Part shown: in pieces, positions 1 to 8,031 of the stretch
How positions within the stretch are numbered: position 1 is the stretch's first letter
Layout of the letters: every line of letters starts with the position of its first letter
NCBI GenBank assembly: GCA_964588575.1
Contig: CAZPPY010000001.1
Coordinates: 1 to 29,007, forward strand
Direction: 5' to 3'
Source: an uncultured Candidatus Saccharibacteria bacterium
Lineage (GTDB): Bacteria > Patescibacteriota > Saccharimonadia > Saccharimonadales > UBA4665
Length of the DNA: 29,007 nucleotides
Program-made: the position numbers and the translations under genes
Notes under the pieces: generated by a model
What the model was told of the DNA's origin: nothing
Database searches by the model: none
Seen by the model: the letters and a program-made list of their open reading frames with translations, nothing else

Positions 1-703
1 GGCCAAAGAAATGGCCAACCGCATACGTGATCAGCATGGCAGCCGCACCGCCTAAGACTACGCGAGCAATAGCACGCGGCCGGGGTGCGCGACCAACCGT
101 CGCGCTCAAGTAGCCGGTAATCACGAGTGCGATAAGCACGGCCACAAATGTGGCAGCCAGCCGTGCCGCATGGTTGACCGTAACAACGGTCGCCAGTGGA
201 ATGATACCGCCAAGCGTGAAAGCGGAAAACGATGCAATTGCCGCGCTGACCGGGCTGCTCAAATCTTCTTCATTAATGTTGAACTCGGCATCCAGGTGCG
301 CGCGTACCGCATCGTGGTCGGTCAATTCACGTGCCACTTGGTGTGCTGTTTTTGCTGATAGGCCTTTCGCCTCAAATGTTGCAGCAAGTTCTTCAAATTC
401 TTCCTCAGGATGATGCTCCAGCCGGTATTTTTCGACGCCGATATACGCACGCTCGGTGTCGCGCTGGCTGCTGACCGACACGAATTCGCCAACCGCCATC
501 GACAACGCGCCGGCGATCAATCCGGCGATCCCGGCGGCGAAAATCGCCGTCCGGCTATCGGTAGCACCTGCCACGCCGAGGATAATGCTCGACACGGAAA
601 CAATACCGTCGTTGGCACCTAGCACCGCGGCGCGTAAAGAGTTTAACCGCGCGTTTGACACGGGATCATGATTCAGATAGGGATCTGCACGTTTCAAAAA
701 CAT
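1..703 (-). CDS. VIT1/CCC1 family transporter (runs off the left edge; absent from the ORF track)
   Basis: Manual translation from ATG at 703: MFLKRADPYLNHDPVSNARLNSLRAAVLGANDGIVSVSSIILGVAGA...GALSMAVGEFVSVSSQRDTE. Contains the family motifs LRAAVLGANDG and SMAxGEYVSV. Confidence 0.93.
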   Translation of the reverse strand, partial: MFLKRADPYLNHDPVSNARLNSLRAAVLGANDGIVSVSSIILGVAGATDSRTAIFAAGIAGLIAGALSMAVGEFVSVSSQRDTERAYIGVEKYRLEHHPEEEFEELAATFEAKGLSAKTAHQVARELTDHDAVRAHLDAEFNINEEDLSSPVSAAIASFSAFTLGGIIPLATVVTVNHAARLAATFVAVLIALVITGYLSATVGRAPRPRAIARVVLGGAAAMLITYAVGHFFG

Positions 704-713
704 TATCGATTAT

Positions 714-1475
714 TTACTTTTCTTTGCTAATGAACTCACGCACGCTTCGGATCGTATCCATAAACTGCGCCGGGAAGATAATGGTACTGTTCTTTTCAGT
801 CGCAATGTCGTTCAGGACCTGGAGGTTGCGAAGCTGCAGTGCGATAGGATGCGCAGCGATAATGTCAGCTGCTTCACCAAGCTTCGCGGCGCTCAGCTGC
901 TCGCCTTCCGCGGCAATAACTTTTGCGCGTTTTTCACGCTCGGCCTCGGCCTGCTTAGCCATCGCCCGCTGCATCGTGTCCGGCAGCTGGATATCCTTTA
1001 CTTCAACCGTGCTGACCAGTACGCCCCATTTTTCAGTTGCCGCCTCAAGCACGATCTTAATCTTCTCGTTGATCGCCGTTGTTTCGCTTAAGACTTCATC
1101 GAGCGTACTTTGCCCGACAATGTTGCGGACCGTCGTCTGGGCAATCTGGTAGATGGCGGCGACGACATTCTGGATTTCGACCACCGACTTCACCGGGTCA
1201 ACCACTTGATAGTATGCAACCGCTGAAACGTCGATTGAGACATTATCTCTGGTAATGATCTTCTGGCTGTCAACCGGCAGCGTCACAATCTGCATGCTGA
1301 CTTTGTGCATTTGATCCACTACCGGAATAATCAGCCGGAGGCCTGGCTGCTTGACGTCTTTTTGCACGCGGCCAAGGCGGAAAATAACGCCGCGCTCATA
1401 CTGATTAATCACCCGAATGCCATTTACGATAATAATAAACAGGATGAACAGTATTATCCCCAGTACCACGCCCAT
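714..1475 (-). CDS. SPFH/band 7 (slipin/stomatin-like) membrane protein
   Basis: N-terminal TM helix, [43 protein letters not shown]; GGAGG RBS upstream. Confidence 0.95.
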   Translation of the reverse strand: MGVVLGIILFILFIIIVNGIRVINQYERGVIFRLGRVQKDVKQPGLRLIIPVVDQMHKVSMQIVTLPVDSQKIITRDNVSIDVSAVAYYQVVDPVKSVVEIQNVVAAIYQIAQTTVRNIVGQSTLDEVLSETTAINEKIKIVLEAATEKWGVLVSTVEVKDIQLPDTMQRAMAKQAEAEREKRAKVIAAEGEQLSAAKLGEAADIIAAHPIALQLRNLQVLNDIATEKNSTIIFPAQFMDTIRSVREFISKEK

Positions 1476-1500
1476 AATCGCCTCCGTTAATGCTTAGTTT

Positions 1501-1513
1501 TATGATAGCACAA
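1501..1513 (-). promoter_or_regulatory. Extended -10 promoter (TG-C-TATCAT) of the SPFH-VIT1 unit
   Basis: Minus strand reads TTGTGCTATCATA; the hexamer lies 26 nt above the ATG. An identical 13-mer occurs at 11477-11489. Confidence 0.6.
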
Positions 1514-1528
1514 GTTCTTGTGGTTCAG

Positions 1529-1553
1529 CCGGTTTGCGAAATTCGCAAACCGG
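1529..1553. repeat. Perfect inverted repeat, 11-bp arms
   Basis: CCGGTTTGCGA-aat-TCGCAAACCGG. Confidence 0.85.
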
Positions 1554-1572
1554 AAGAGGAGGATCAATCGGA

Positions 1573-1621
1573 AATCCCGTCAGATATTTGGCAACCAAGG
1601 AACCAAATATCTGACGGGATT
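1573..1621. terminator. 19-bp-arm inverted repeat downstream of tRNA-Ala (terminator or REP-like hairpin)
   Basis: AATCCCGTCAGATATTTGG, 11-nt loop, CCAAATATCTGACGGGATT. No clear U-tract, so terminator function is uncertain. Confidence 0.5.
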
Positions 1622-1637
1622 GTAGTTTGATCGGACG

Positions 1638-1714
1638 TGGTGGAGCATAAGGGATTCGAACCCTTGACCTCATCCATGCCATGGATGCGCGCTAGCCAAC
1701 TGCGCTAATGCCCC
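1638..1714 (-). tRNA. tRNA-Ala (GGC)
   Basis: GGGGCATTAGCGCAGTTGGCTAGCGCGCATCCATGGCATGGATGAGGTCAAGGGTTCGAATCCCTTATGCTCCACCA: cloverleaf, G3:U70 pair, GGC anticodon, encoded CCA. Confidence 0.97.
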
Positions 1715-1798
1715 TCGTCGGCATCGGCTAGTGAAGCTAGCCGGCCGACGAGCAGAAAAAAAGTTTCATGCTCATCAGCCGCCTAGCTTGCTGCCGTG

Positions 1799-1850
1799 CC
1801 TCCTCTCAAAATTCCATTCAGTCGCTAACGCTCCTTGGATTGGAATTTTG
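1799..1850. repeat. Dispersed hairpin element, copy 1 (tRNA-Ala 5' leader)
   Basis: cctcctctcaaaattCcattcagtcg-ctaacg-ctccttggattgGaattttg; matches 12594-12655. Confidence 0.85.
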
Positions 1851-1908
1851 GAAAAACAACAATGAACAGGACAAATTTTAGCAGATTACTTCTTGAAATT
1901 GAAGTAGC

Positions 1909-2355
1909 TTACGACTTTTCATGCATCTCGTGCATGTGGCCAATATGAAAATTGGTCATCACAAAACGGTTGACGGGAACGGTGATAAGAAATGCGCCGA
2001 TGAGCGACAAAGCGTTACTCCACCAGAATAGCCAGGTGATAACGCCGGCATTCATAGCACCCGGAATAATCCATTCCAGCGTGTTGTCTACTACTTCCAT
2101 GGAAACAATAGAAATCGTGTCGGTCGACAAGGCTGTTTTCATTGCTTCGCGCGGCGCCAAACCCATTTTTCGGGCGCCCCGGAACGTCAAGCTATAACCG
2201 AATACAAACGCTAGTGCTATCGCGAGAGCAGTTTGAAAAATATTCGGCCAATTTAAATGCTGTCCGATTGCCGAGCCTACAATCTCACCGATACTGCACC
2301 CGGTTAGACAGTGCAGCGTATGCCGTATAGCGTCTCGACTAGCTGTATCTATCAT
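1909..2355 (-). CDS. DUF4396 family membrane protein
   Basis: TLHCLTGCSIGE and VPVNR motifs with several TM segments. Start set at ATG 2355 because the longer ORF overlaps the upstream gene. Confidence 0.85.
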   Translation of the reverse strand: MIDTASRDAIRHTLHCLTGCSIGEIVGSAIGQHLNWPNIFQTALAIALAFVFGYSLTFRGARKMGLAPREAMKTALSTDTISIVSMEVVDNTLEWIIPGAMNAGVITWLFWWSNALSLIGAFLITVPVNRFVMTNFHIGHMHEMHEKS

Positions 2356-2368
2356 AAATAGTAGTGTC

Positions 2369-2659
2369 CTAACTGAGTTCAAATACAGCAGGCATATAGG
2401 TTCGTGGCTCATCCTCGTTATTGCTGACAGCCAGGCCTGTTGCCCCGGCAAGTCCAATCAACGACGTCGTCACCACATCACCGAGGTACCCGTCAGTACG
2501 CATCTCCTCAAGCGTCACCCTTCCATCGCTTATTTCAAGCTCGCCACGCAACATGCCATTGAATCCCCAGGCTAGCTCTGCGGCAACTTTTTCGCCGTTG
2601 TAGACCGGGCGGCGTATGTCCAACTCGGGATACCGTAATGTTCCAATTTGACGCGCCAT
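2369..2659 (-). CDS. Hypothetical protein, 96 aa
   Basis: ATG with AGAGGGG RBS-like run; fills the gap without overlap; no family recognised. Confidence 0.6.
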   Translation of the reverse strand: MARQIGTLRYPELDIRRPVYNGEKVAAELAWGFNGMLRGELEISDGRVTLEEMRTDGYLGDVVTTSLIGLAGATGLAVSNNEDEPRTYMPAVFELS

Positions 2660-2719
2660 AATATTCCCCTCTTGTTATGCCCTTACCATACGAAAACATC
2701 AGGCCGCCTGTCAATCTTC

Positions 2720-2747
2720 AAAAAGAGCTCCGGAAGGAGCCCTTTTT
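2720..2747 (-). terminator. Intrinsic terminator of the ligA-rdgB operon
   Basis: Minus strand AAAAAGGGCTCC-ttcc-GGAGCTCTTTTT; A/T tracts on both sides. Confidence 0.75.
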
Positions 2748-2830
2748 TCGTGCGCGCCCACCCATGGGCGCGGGCATGAAATTTTGTTTTTGGAAATTTT
2801 TGTTTCACGCGCCCGATTGAAGCGCACGAA
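2747..2830. repeat. Nested palindromic (REP-like) element
   Basis: Outer arms TTCGTGCGC/GCGCACGAA; inner arms GGGCGCG/CGCGCCC and TGAAA/TTTCA around an AT-rich core. Confidence 0.6.
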
Positions 2831-2848
2831 CTATTTTAAGCATAAACA

Positions 2849-3397
2849 TTATTCTGTTTTTGTCAAGAATTCCCGCAACTGGTCGTGGGCTTCGCGGCGC
2901 ATGGACGTACGCATTTGTGTATCATCATCCAGCTCGGCACGAGTCTTGTCCATGCCTTCACTCACAAAGATTTCATCCCAGCCAAAACCATTGTCGCCGC
3001 GCGGATGATCAGCAATGCTACCGCGCATAGAACTGCTAAAAAAATATGGCGTTTTACCGTCAAACAAACAAAAACAAATAGCTGCCGTCGCTGCACGCGT
3101 TTGCTGGTTATCGAGCATCCGGCACATGCCTTCAGTGCTAACCTCCTGGATAAACCACTTTACGTAGGTACCGGGGAGTTTGCCAAACGCATCAAAGCTC
3201 AGCGCCACATCCTCAACAAGCACTGTCTTACCAATAGCTTGGTACGCCCGGCGCGCTTTATCCTCTACCACTTCGTGTAGATCAAGCGACTGTATTTCCT
3301 CCAAGTCAACTTTTTGATGTTCGATCGGGATTCCCAGCCACTTCGTTAAATAGTCAGCCTTGTGCTGGTTGCCGGTAATAAAAACAATTTCACTCAT
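2849..3397 (-). CDS. rdgB: Non-canonical purine NTP pyrophosphatase (Ham1/RdgB/ITPase family)
   Basis: TGNxxK, LEEIQS, VEDVAL, LPGTYVKWF, GFGWDEIF; ATGA overlap with ligA. Confidence 0.93.
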   Translation of the reverse strand: MSEIVFITGNQHKADYLTKWLGIPIEHQKVDLEEIQSLDLHEVVEDKARRAYQAIGKTVLVEDVALSFDAFGKLPGTYVKWFIQEVSTEGMCRMLDNQQTRAATAAICFCLFDGKTPYFFSSSMRGSIADHPRGDNGFGWDEIFVSEGMDKTRAELDDDTQMRTSMRREAHDQLREFLTKTE

Positions 3398-5427
3398 GGT
3401 TGCTCCAGTAATTTCAGTAAGTCTGCTTCGTTGATTTGTTTGATGCCAAGCTTGTTGGCTTTCGCAAGCTTGCTGGAGCCGACGTTTTCGCCGACAACCA
3501 AGTACGTCGTGTCTTTGCCAATGCTCGCCTGGAACGTGCCGCCAAGTGCGCGAATCCGTTCCGCGGCAATGTCACGGCCCATAGACGTCAGCGTGCCAGT
3601 AACAACAAAATTCTTGCCATGCAAGGGGCCTTTGGCTTTTGATTCGTAGTGCGGCTGCACGCCAAGCTCCGCGAATTTTTCCAGTAATTTTTGATTATCC
3701 GGATCGGCAAACCACGCCAAGATTGATTCCGCCACCACATCACCAATACCATTCACGTCCAGCAATTCATCAAGCGTCGCATGTTGTAATTTCTCAAGCG
3801 AACCAAACGCTTCTGCCAAATCGATCGCAGTCTGCGAACCAACGTGGCGAATTCCCAACCCGTATATAAAGCGCGGCAGATCAGGCGTCTTTCGCTCGCC
3901 AATCGCATCGACTAATTTTTGTGCCGAGATATCCGCAAAGCGGTCGAGCTCCAGGACTTGCTCTTTCGTCAATGTATAAATATCGGCCAAATTATGGACC
4001 AGTCCGGCGTCAACCAGCGCGGCAACATTTTTCTCGCCGAGCGTATCAATATCCAGCGCGCCTTTGGACGCAAAATGTATGAGCGCCTGCTTCAGCAGCA
4101 GCTTGCCGGTTGCGCCCTTCACCCGATATACTGCCTCACCCTCAGGACGCACAAACGTCAGCTCCGGATACTGGCGATGCAGTTCGCTTTCCATGTCAAA
4201 TGGATGTGTGCGCTCCGGCCGAAGTTCCGTTAATACTCGCGATACCTGCGGGATGATATCGCCGGCTTTAAAAATGATAACCGTATCGCCGACACGGATA
4301 TCTTTGCGGGCAATTTCATCGGCATTATGCAGACTGGCGTGCTGCACTGTCGTACCCGCAACGACCACAGGATCAAAAACCGCCACGGGCGTCGCAGCAC
4401 CTGTCCGGCCAATGCTGAGCACGATATCTTTTACGACCGTCGTAGCTTCTTCGGCCGCGTATTTGAATGCCACTGCGGCGCGAGGTGCTTTGCCGACAAT
4501 GCCAAGCTCCGCAAATAATTTGCGGTCATTGAGTTTAATGACTAAACCGTCTGTATTGAACGGCAAGTGGTGACGCTTCTCTTCCCATTCATCAACATAA
4601 TGCATAATCTCATCGACTGTGGTGAAGACGCGCGCTTGTGTATTCGCAGCCACGCCGAGTGCCCTGAGCGCCTGGTACACAAACATATTCGTGGGCACTT
4701 CGCTTGGATCATCGCGAATTAAATCATAAGCGCGGAATCTCAGTGGCCGGGCCGCCGCCAGCTTCGGATCCAGCTGGCGAATACTGCCAGCTGCCAGGTT
4801 GCGTGGATTGGCAAATAACGGCAAGCCGCTCGCTTCGCGCGCCTTATTTAACGTTTCAAAATCTTTCTTGTATATAATAATCTCGCCTCGGATTTCCGTT
4901 CGGCCACGGAGAAATTGTGTGTAATCCGCTGACGTTCGCAGCGCAAATGGAACACTGTCAATCGTCGCCACATTGGCTGTTACGTCTTCGCCGACAAAGC
5001 CGTCACCTCGGGTCACCGCCTGAACAAACTTGCCGTCTTCATACACCAGCGCGCACGCGAATCCATCCATCTTAATGTCGGTAAAATATTCGTGCGTATT
5101 CCCCGGCGCCAGCTTGTCGGTCCGTTCCACCCAGGCTTCTACTTCTTCGCGGCTAAATACATCATTCAGGCTAATCATGCGCGTGGTATGACGAACTTGC
5201 TTAAATCCCGGCAACGGCTCACCGGCAACGCGTTGCGTCGGACTGTCCGGTGTAATAAGGTCGGGATATTGGTCCTCCAATTCGCTCAGCTCGTGCTTGA
5301 GCGAATCTGCGGCCGCCTCACTCATCGTCGATTCGTCGAGCACGTGATAATGGTAACGATAGTCGTTGATGAGCGCCCGAAGACGCTCAATGCGTTTGCG
5401 TGCAGCGTCTTTATCCAATTTTTTCAT
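3394..5427 (-). CDS. ligA: NAD-dependent DNA ligase
   Basis: KMDG adenylation motif, TRGDGFVGEDVT, NPRNLAAGSIRQ, OB fold, HhH repeats and C-terminal BRCT domain. Confidence 0.98.
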   Translation of the reverse strand: MKKLDKDAARKRIERLRALINDYRYHYHVLDESTMSEAAADSLKHELSELEDQYPDLITPDSPTQRVAGEPLPGFKQVRHTTRMISLNDVFSREEVEAWVERTDKLAPGNTHEYFTDIKMDGFACALVYEDGKFVQAVTRGDGFVGEDVTANVATIDSVPFALRTSADYTQFLRGRTEIRGEIIIYKKDFETLNKAREASGLPLFANPRNLAAGSIRQLDPKLAAARPLRFRAYDLIRDDPSEVPTNMFVYQALRALGVAANTQARVFTTVDEIMHYVDEWEEKRHHLPFNTDGLVIKLNDRKLFAELGIVGKAPRAAVAFKYAAEEATTVVKDIVLSIGRTGAATPVAVFDPVVVAGTTVQHASLHNADEIARKDIRVGDTVIIFKAGDIIPQVSRVLTELRPERTHPFDMESELHRQYPELTFVRPEGEAVYRVKGATGKLLLKQALIHFASKGALDIDTLGEKNVAALVDAGLVHNLADIYTLTKEQVLELDRFADISAQKLVDAIGERKTPDLPRFIYGLGIRHVGSQTAIDLAEAFGSLEKLQHATLDELLDVNGIGDVVAESILAWFADPDNQKLLEKFAELGVQPHYESKAKGPLHGKNFVVTGTLTSMGRDIAAERIRALGGTFQASIGKDTTYLVVGENVGSSKLAKANKLGIKQINEADLLKLLEQP

Positions 5428-6392
5428 GCCAATAATTCTTTATATATGGTGTACAAGTAAACGTGCGCGGCAATGAGCGCCAGTATGGACAGCACAAAAA
5501 ACGTAGCTTGCGCTATTGACACCGCAAACAAAATAACCGGCACCATGACAACCGCACCCAGACAAACCAGCGCGACCGGCAGATATAGCAACTTTCGAAA
5601 GACCTGTCCGCGCCGGTACAGCACTAACTGCCGCGCACTGCGCAGCGCCTTCAGCGGGGTCATGCCAGGAATTGTGACAATGTATAGCGCAAATAGTGAC
5701 CCGCACAGCATATACACTGTCAGCCATGTCAGCGCCAAAAGTATACCGAACAAGACGAGCTTCTCCCAGAAGTACACCGCAATGCCGTTTGACATAATCG
5801 TGCTAAAAAACCAACCGCCAATGACGAATGGCAGGGCTTGGAGAAACACCACACCAAGCACCATGATGAACGGTACGAGTGGGTACATCCCCTGATAAAA
5901 CGGATCGCGCAAACGCACCTTGTGTCCAGCCAATACCTGTCGCGTCGCCCATATGACCGCCAGGCTCATGACGAGAACGATGACAAACTGGTACGCTCCC
6001 GCCGCCGTATTGACGCCGGAACCTGATGTAATAAGGGACGAAAAAACCGCAATCCCGGCTGCGACTTCGCCAGTAGTGCCAAACGTTTTGCCCAATGTTT
6101 CCTTGATCGTAGAAGCGTCCGTTGTACTACTCAGACTATTGACGAATACGATACTCAATATGGCATATACCGCTGCAATACCCAGAAAAATCCCGTGGTT
6201 CCGCCACATCAAGGCAGCGGTCTTTCTGCTCAGCAGCCAGACACTCGGCAAGCGTTCGGGGTATGGAATGCGCTTAAAACGAAACCGCCGATATGCTGGC
6301 AACTTCAAGCGCCGTGACTGTTTTACGTCTGTAGACTGAGCCGCGTTTGTGCGGATTTTTGTCTTTCCTTCACGAGTGGCAGTACGCGACAT
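5424..6392 (-). CDS. Hypothetical integral membrane protein (basic N-terminus, about 6 TM helices)
   Basis: Hydrophobic segments; ATGA overlap with ligA; TACAAT 7 nt above the ATG. Confidence 0.85.
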   Translation of the reverse strand: MSRTATREGKTKIRTNAAQSTDVKQSRRLKLPAYRRFRFKRIPYPERLPSVWLLSRKTAALMWRNHGIFLGIAAVYAILSIVFVNSLSSTTDASTIKETLGKTFGTTGEVAAGIAVFSSLITSGSGVNTAAGAYQFVIVLVMSLAVIWATRQVLAGHKVRLRDPFYQGMYPLVPFIMVLGVVFLQALPFVIGGWFFSTIMSNGIAVYFWEKLVLFGILLALTWLTVYMLCGSLFALYIVTIPGMTPLKALRSARQLVLYRRGQVFRKLLYLPVALVCLGAVVMVPVILFAVSIAQATFFVLSILALIAAHVYLYTIYKELLA

Positions 6393-6445
6393 ATGCCTTA
6401 TTGTATAGCGTAATGTCCGTCCAATCTAGCTGCCGGGCATTATCC

Positions 6446-7327
6446 TTACGCATGGTCCTCCATATGCTCAAGCCGTGCAATGCGGTCTTTGATCGGCGGA
6501 TGGGTGCTAAATAAATTCGTGATACTGTGCCGCCGAAGCGGGTTCGCAAAAAATAAATGTGCTGTTGCAGTATTCTGCCGCTTGAGCACGGTGCTGTTAT
6601 GCTCCAGCTTTTGCAGGGCACTAATCAACCCTTCCGGATAGCGTGTCGTCAATGCGCTTGTTGCGTCCGCCAAATATTCACGCTGCCGTGACACTGCAAG
6701 CTGGATGAGCATGGCAACGAATGGCGCCAAAAGTGCTCCAACGACACCAAGCAATACAAAAAGTTGATTCCCGTTATCCTCACGGTCGTTGCCGCGGAAC
6801 CACGTCAACCGCAGCATTATATCGGCTAGCAGAGATATAACCGCCGTTAATGCAAATGCGACCATTGAGACCCGTATGTCGTAATTCTTGATGTGTCCCA
6901 GTTCGTGCGCAAACACACCCTGCAATTCATCATCGTTCATAATGTCGAGCAGTCCGGTCGTCGCGCATACCGCTGAAGCATTTGGCTTCCGGCCGGTTGC
7001 GAAAGCATTCGGCGCCGGATCATCCATAACATACACGCGCGGCATCGGCAGACCATCTGTAATACTCAAATTCTCAATGATCCGCCACAAACGCGGATTA
7101 TCCGCTTTGTGGATTTCCCGCGCACCATTTACCGCCAGCGCCATACTGCTCCCGGCAAAATAGGTAAAGATGGTATATATTCCCGCGCCGATCAGGACAC
7201 CATAGAAAATGCTCGGCTGGCCGCCCAGGAGTTGGTTGAACAGCCAGGCAATAAGCCCGACGAACACAATGAATACTGCCATAATAATGACTGTTTTCCG
7301 TTTGTTGGCTGCAATTTCGCTATACAT
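6446..7327 (-). CDS. htpX: M48 family zinc metalloprotease HtpX
   Basis: PNAFATG, HELGH (HExxH), SRQREYLAD, LFSTHPP; follows lemA. Confidence 0.95.
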   Translation of the reverse strand: MYSEIAANKRKTVIIMAVFIVFVGLIAWLFNQLLGGQPSIFYGVLIGAGIYTIFTYFAGSSMALAVNGAREIHKADNPRLWRIIENLSITDGLPMPRVYVMDDPAPNAFATGRKPNASAVCATTGLLDIMNDDELQGVFAHELGHIKNYDIRVSMVAFALTAVISLLADIMLRLTWFRGNDREDNGNQLFVLLGVVGALLAPFVAMLIQLAVSRQREYLADATSALTTRYPEGLISALQKLEHNSTVLKRQNTATAHLFFANPLRRHSITNLFSTHPPIKDRIARLEHMEDHA

Positions 7328-7389
7328 AGCACGTTCTCACACTCCCGCCACTTGCCCTCAGTGAACCATCTGTTCCTGAAGACGCGCTG

Positions 7390-7956
7390 TTAGAATTTGA
7401 CTTCGACTGGCTCAGCAGCATTCGCGTATGCTGTATCGTCGAGTTCAAAGAATTCACGGTCTTTGTTAAAGCCAAGCATACCGGCAAAAATATTGGTCGG
7501 AAATACTTTGCGCTTTGTATTGAAATCGCGCACCACGCCGTTATAGAAGCGGCGGGAAGCCATGACCTTATCTTCCGTGTCAGTCAGTTGTGCCTGCAGG
7601 TCGCGGAAGTTGTCGCTGGCTTTCAGCTGCGGATAATTTTCGGCTACGGCGAAAAGACTCTTTAGTGTTTGCTGGAATTGGTTTTCGGCTTTTGCAGTCT
7701 CCGCGACGCCCTGCGCCTGCAGCGCATTGGCGCGGGCTTTGGTTACGTCCTCAAAGACATCTTTCTCATGCTTGGCATAACCTTTCACGGTATTGACCAG
7801 GTTTGGGATAAGGTCGTACCGGCGCTTCAGCTGGACGGTAATGTCGCTCCAGGCTTCATCGGCCTGTACATTTAATCGGACCAGTCCGTTATACATTCCG
7901 GCAAGCAGGGCGATAATCACAACGATGATTCCAACAACGATCAACAGCGTAAGCAT
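7390..7956 (-). CDS. lemA: LemA family protein
   Basis: N-terminal TM, LKRRYDLIPNLV, AENYPQLKA, RRFYN; AGGAG RBS. Confidence 0.96.
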   Translation of the reverse strand: MLTLLIVVGIIVVIIALLAGMYNGLVRLNVQADEAWSDITVQLKRRYDLIPNLVNTVKGYAKHEKDVFEDVTKARANALQAQGVAETAKAENQFQQTLKSLFAVAENYPQLKASDNFRDLQAQLTDTEDKVMASRRFYNGVVRDFNTKRKVFPTNIFAGMLGFNKDREFFELDDTAYANAAEPVEVKF

Positions 7957-8031
7957 GAACGGGTCTCCTTAATCTACAAGCTTTATTATACTACGGCAGC
8001 AGCCGCGCCGTCAGGTGTATCATAGGAAGTA

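Noticed and set aside
3394-5427. Alternative genetic code (TGA = Gly, as in Gracilibacteria/Absconditabacteria)
   Set aside because: TGA ends ligA and its upstream gene at ATGA overlaps, and no long gene needs TGA read-through.
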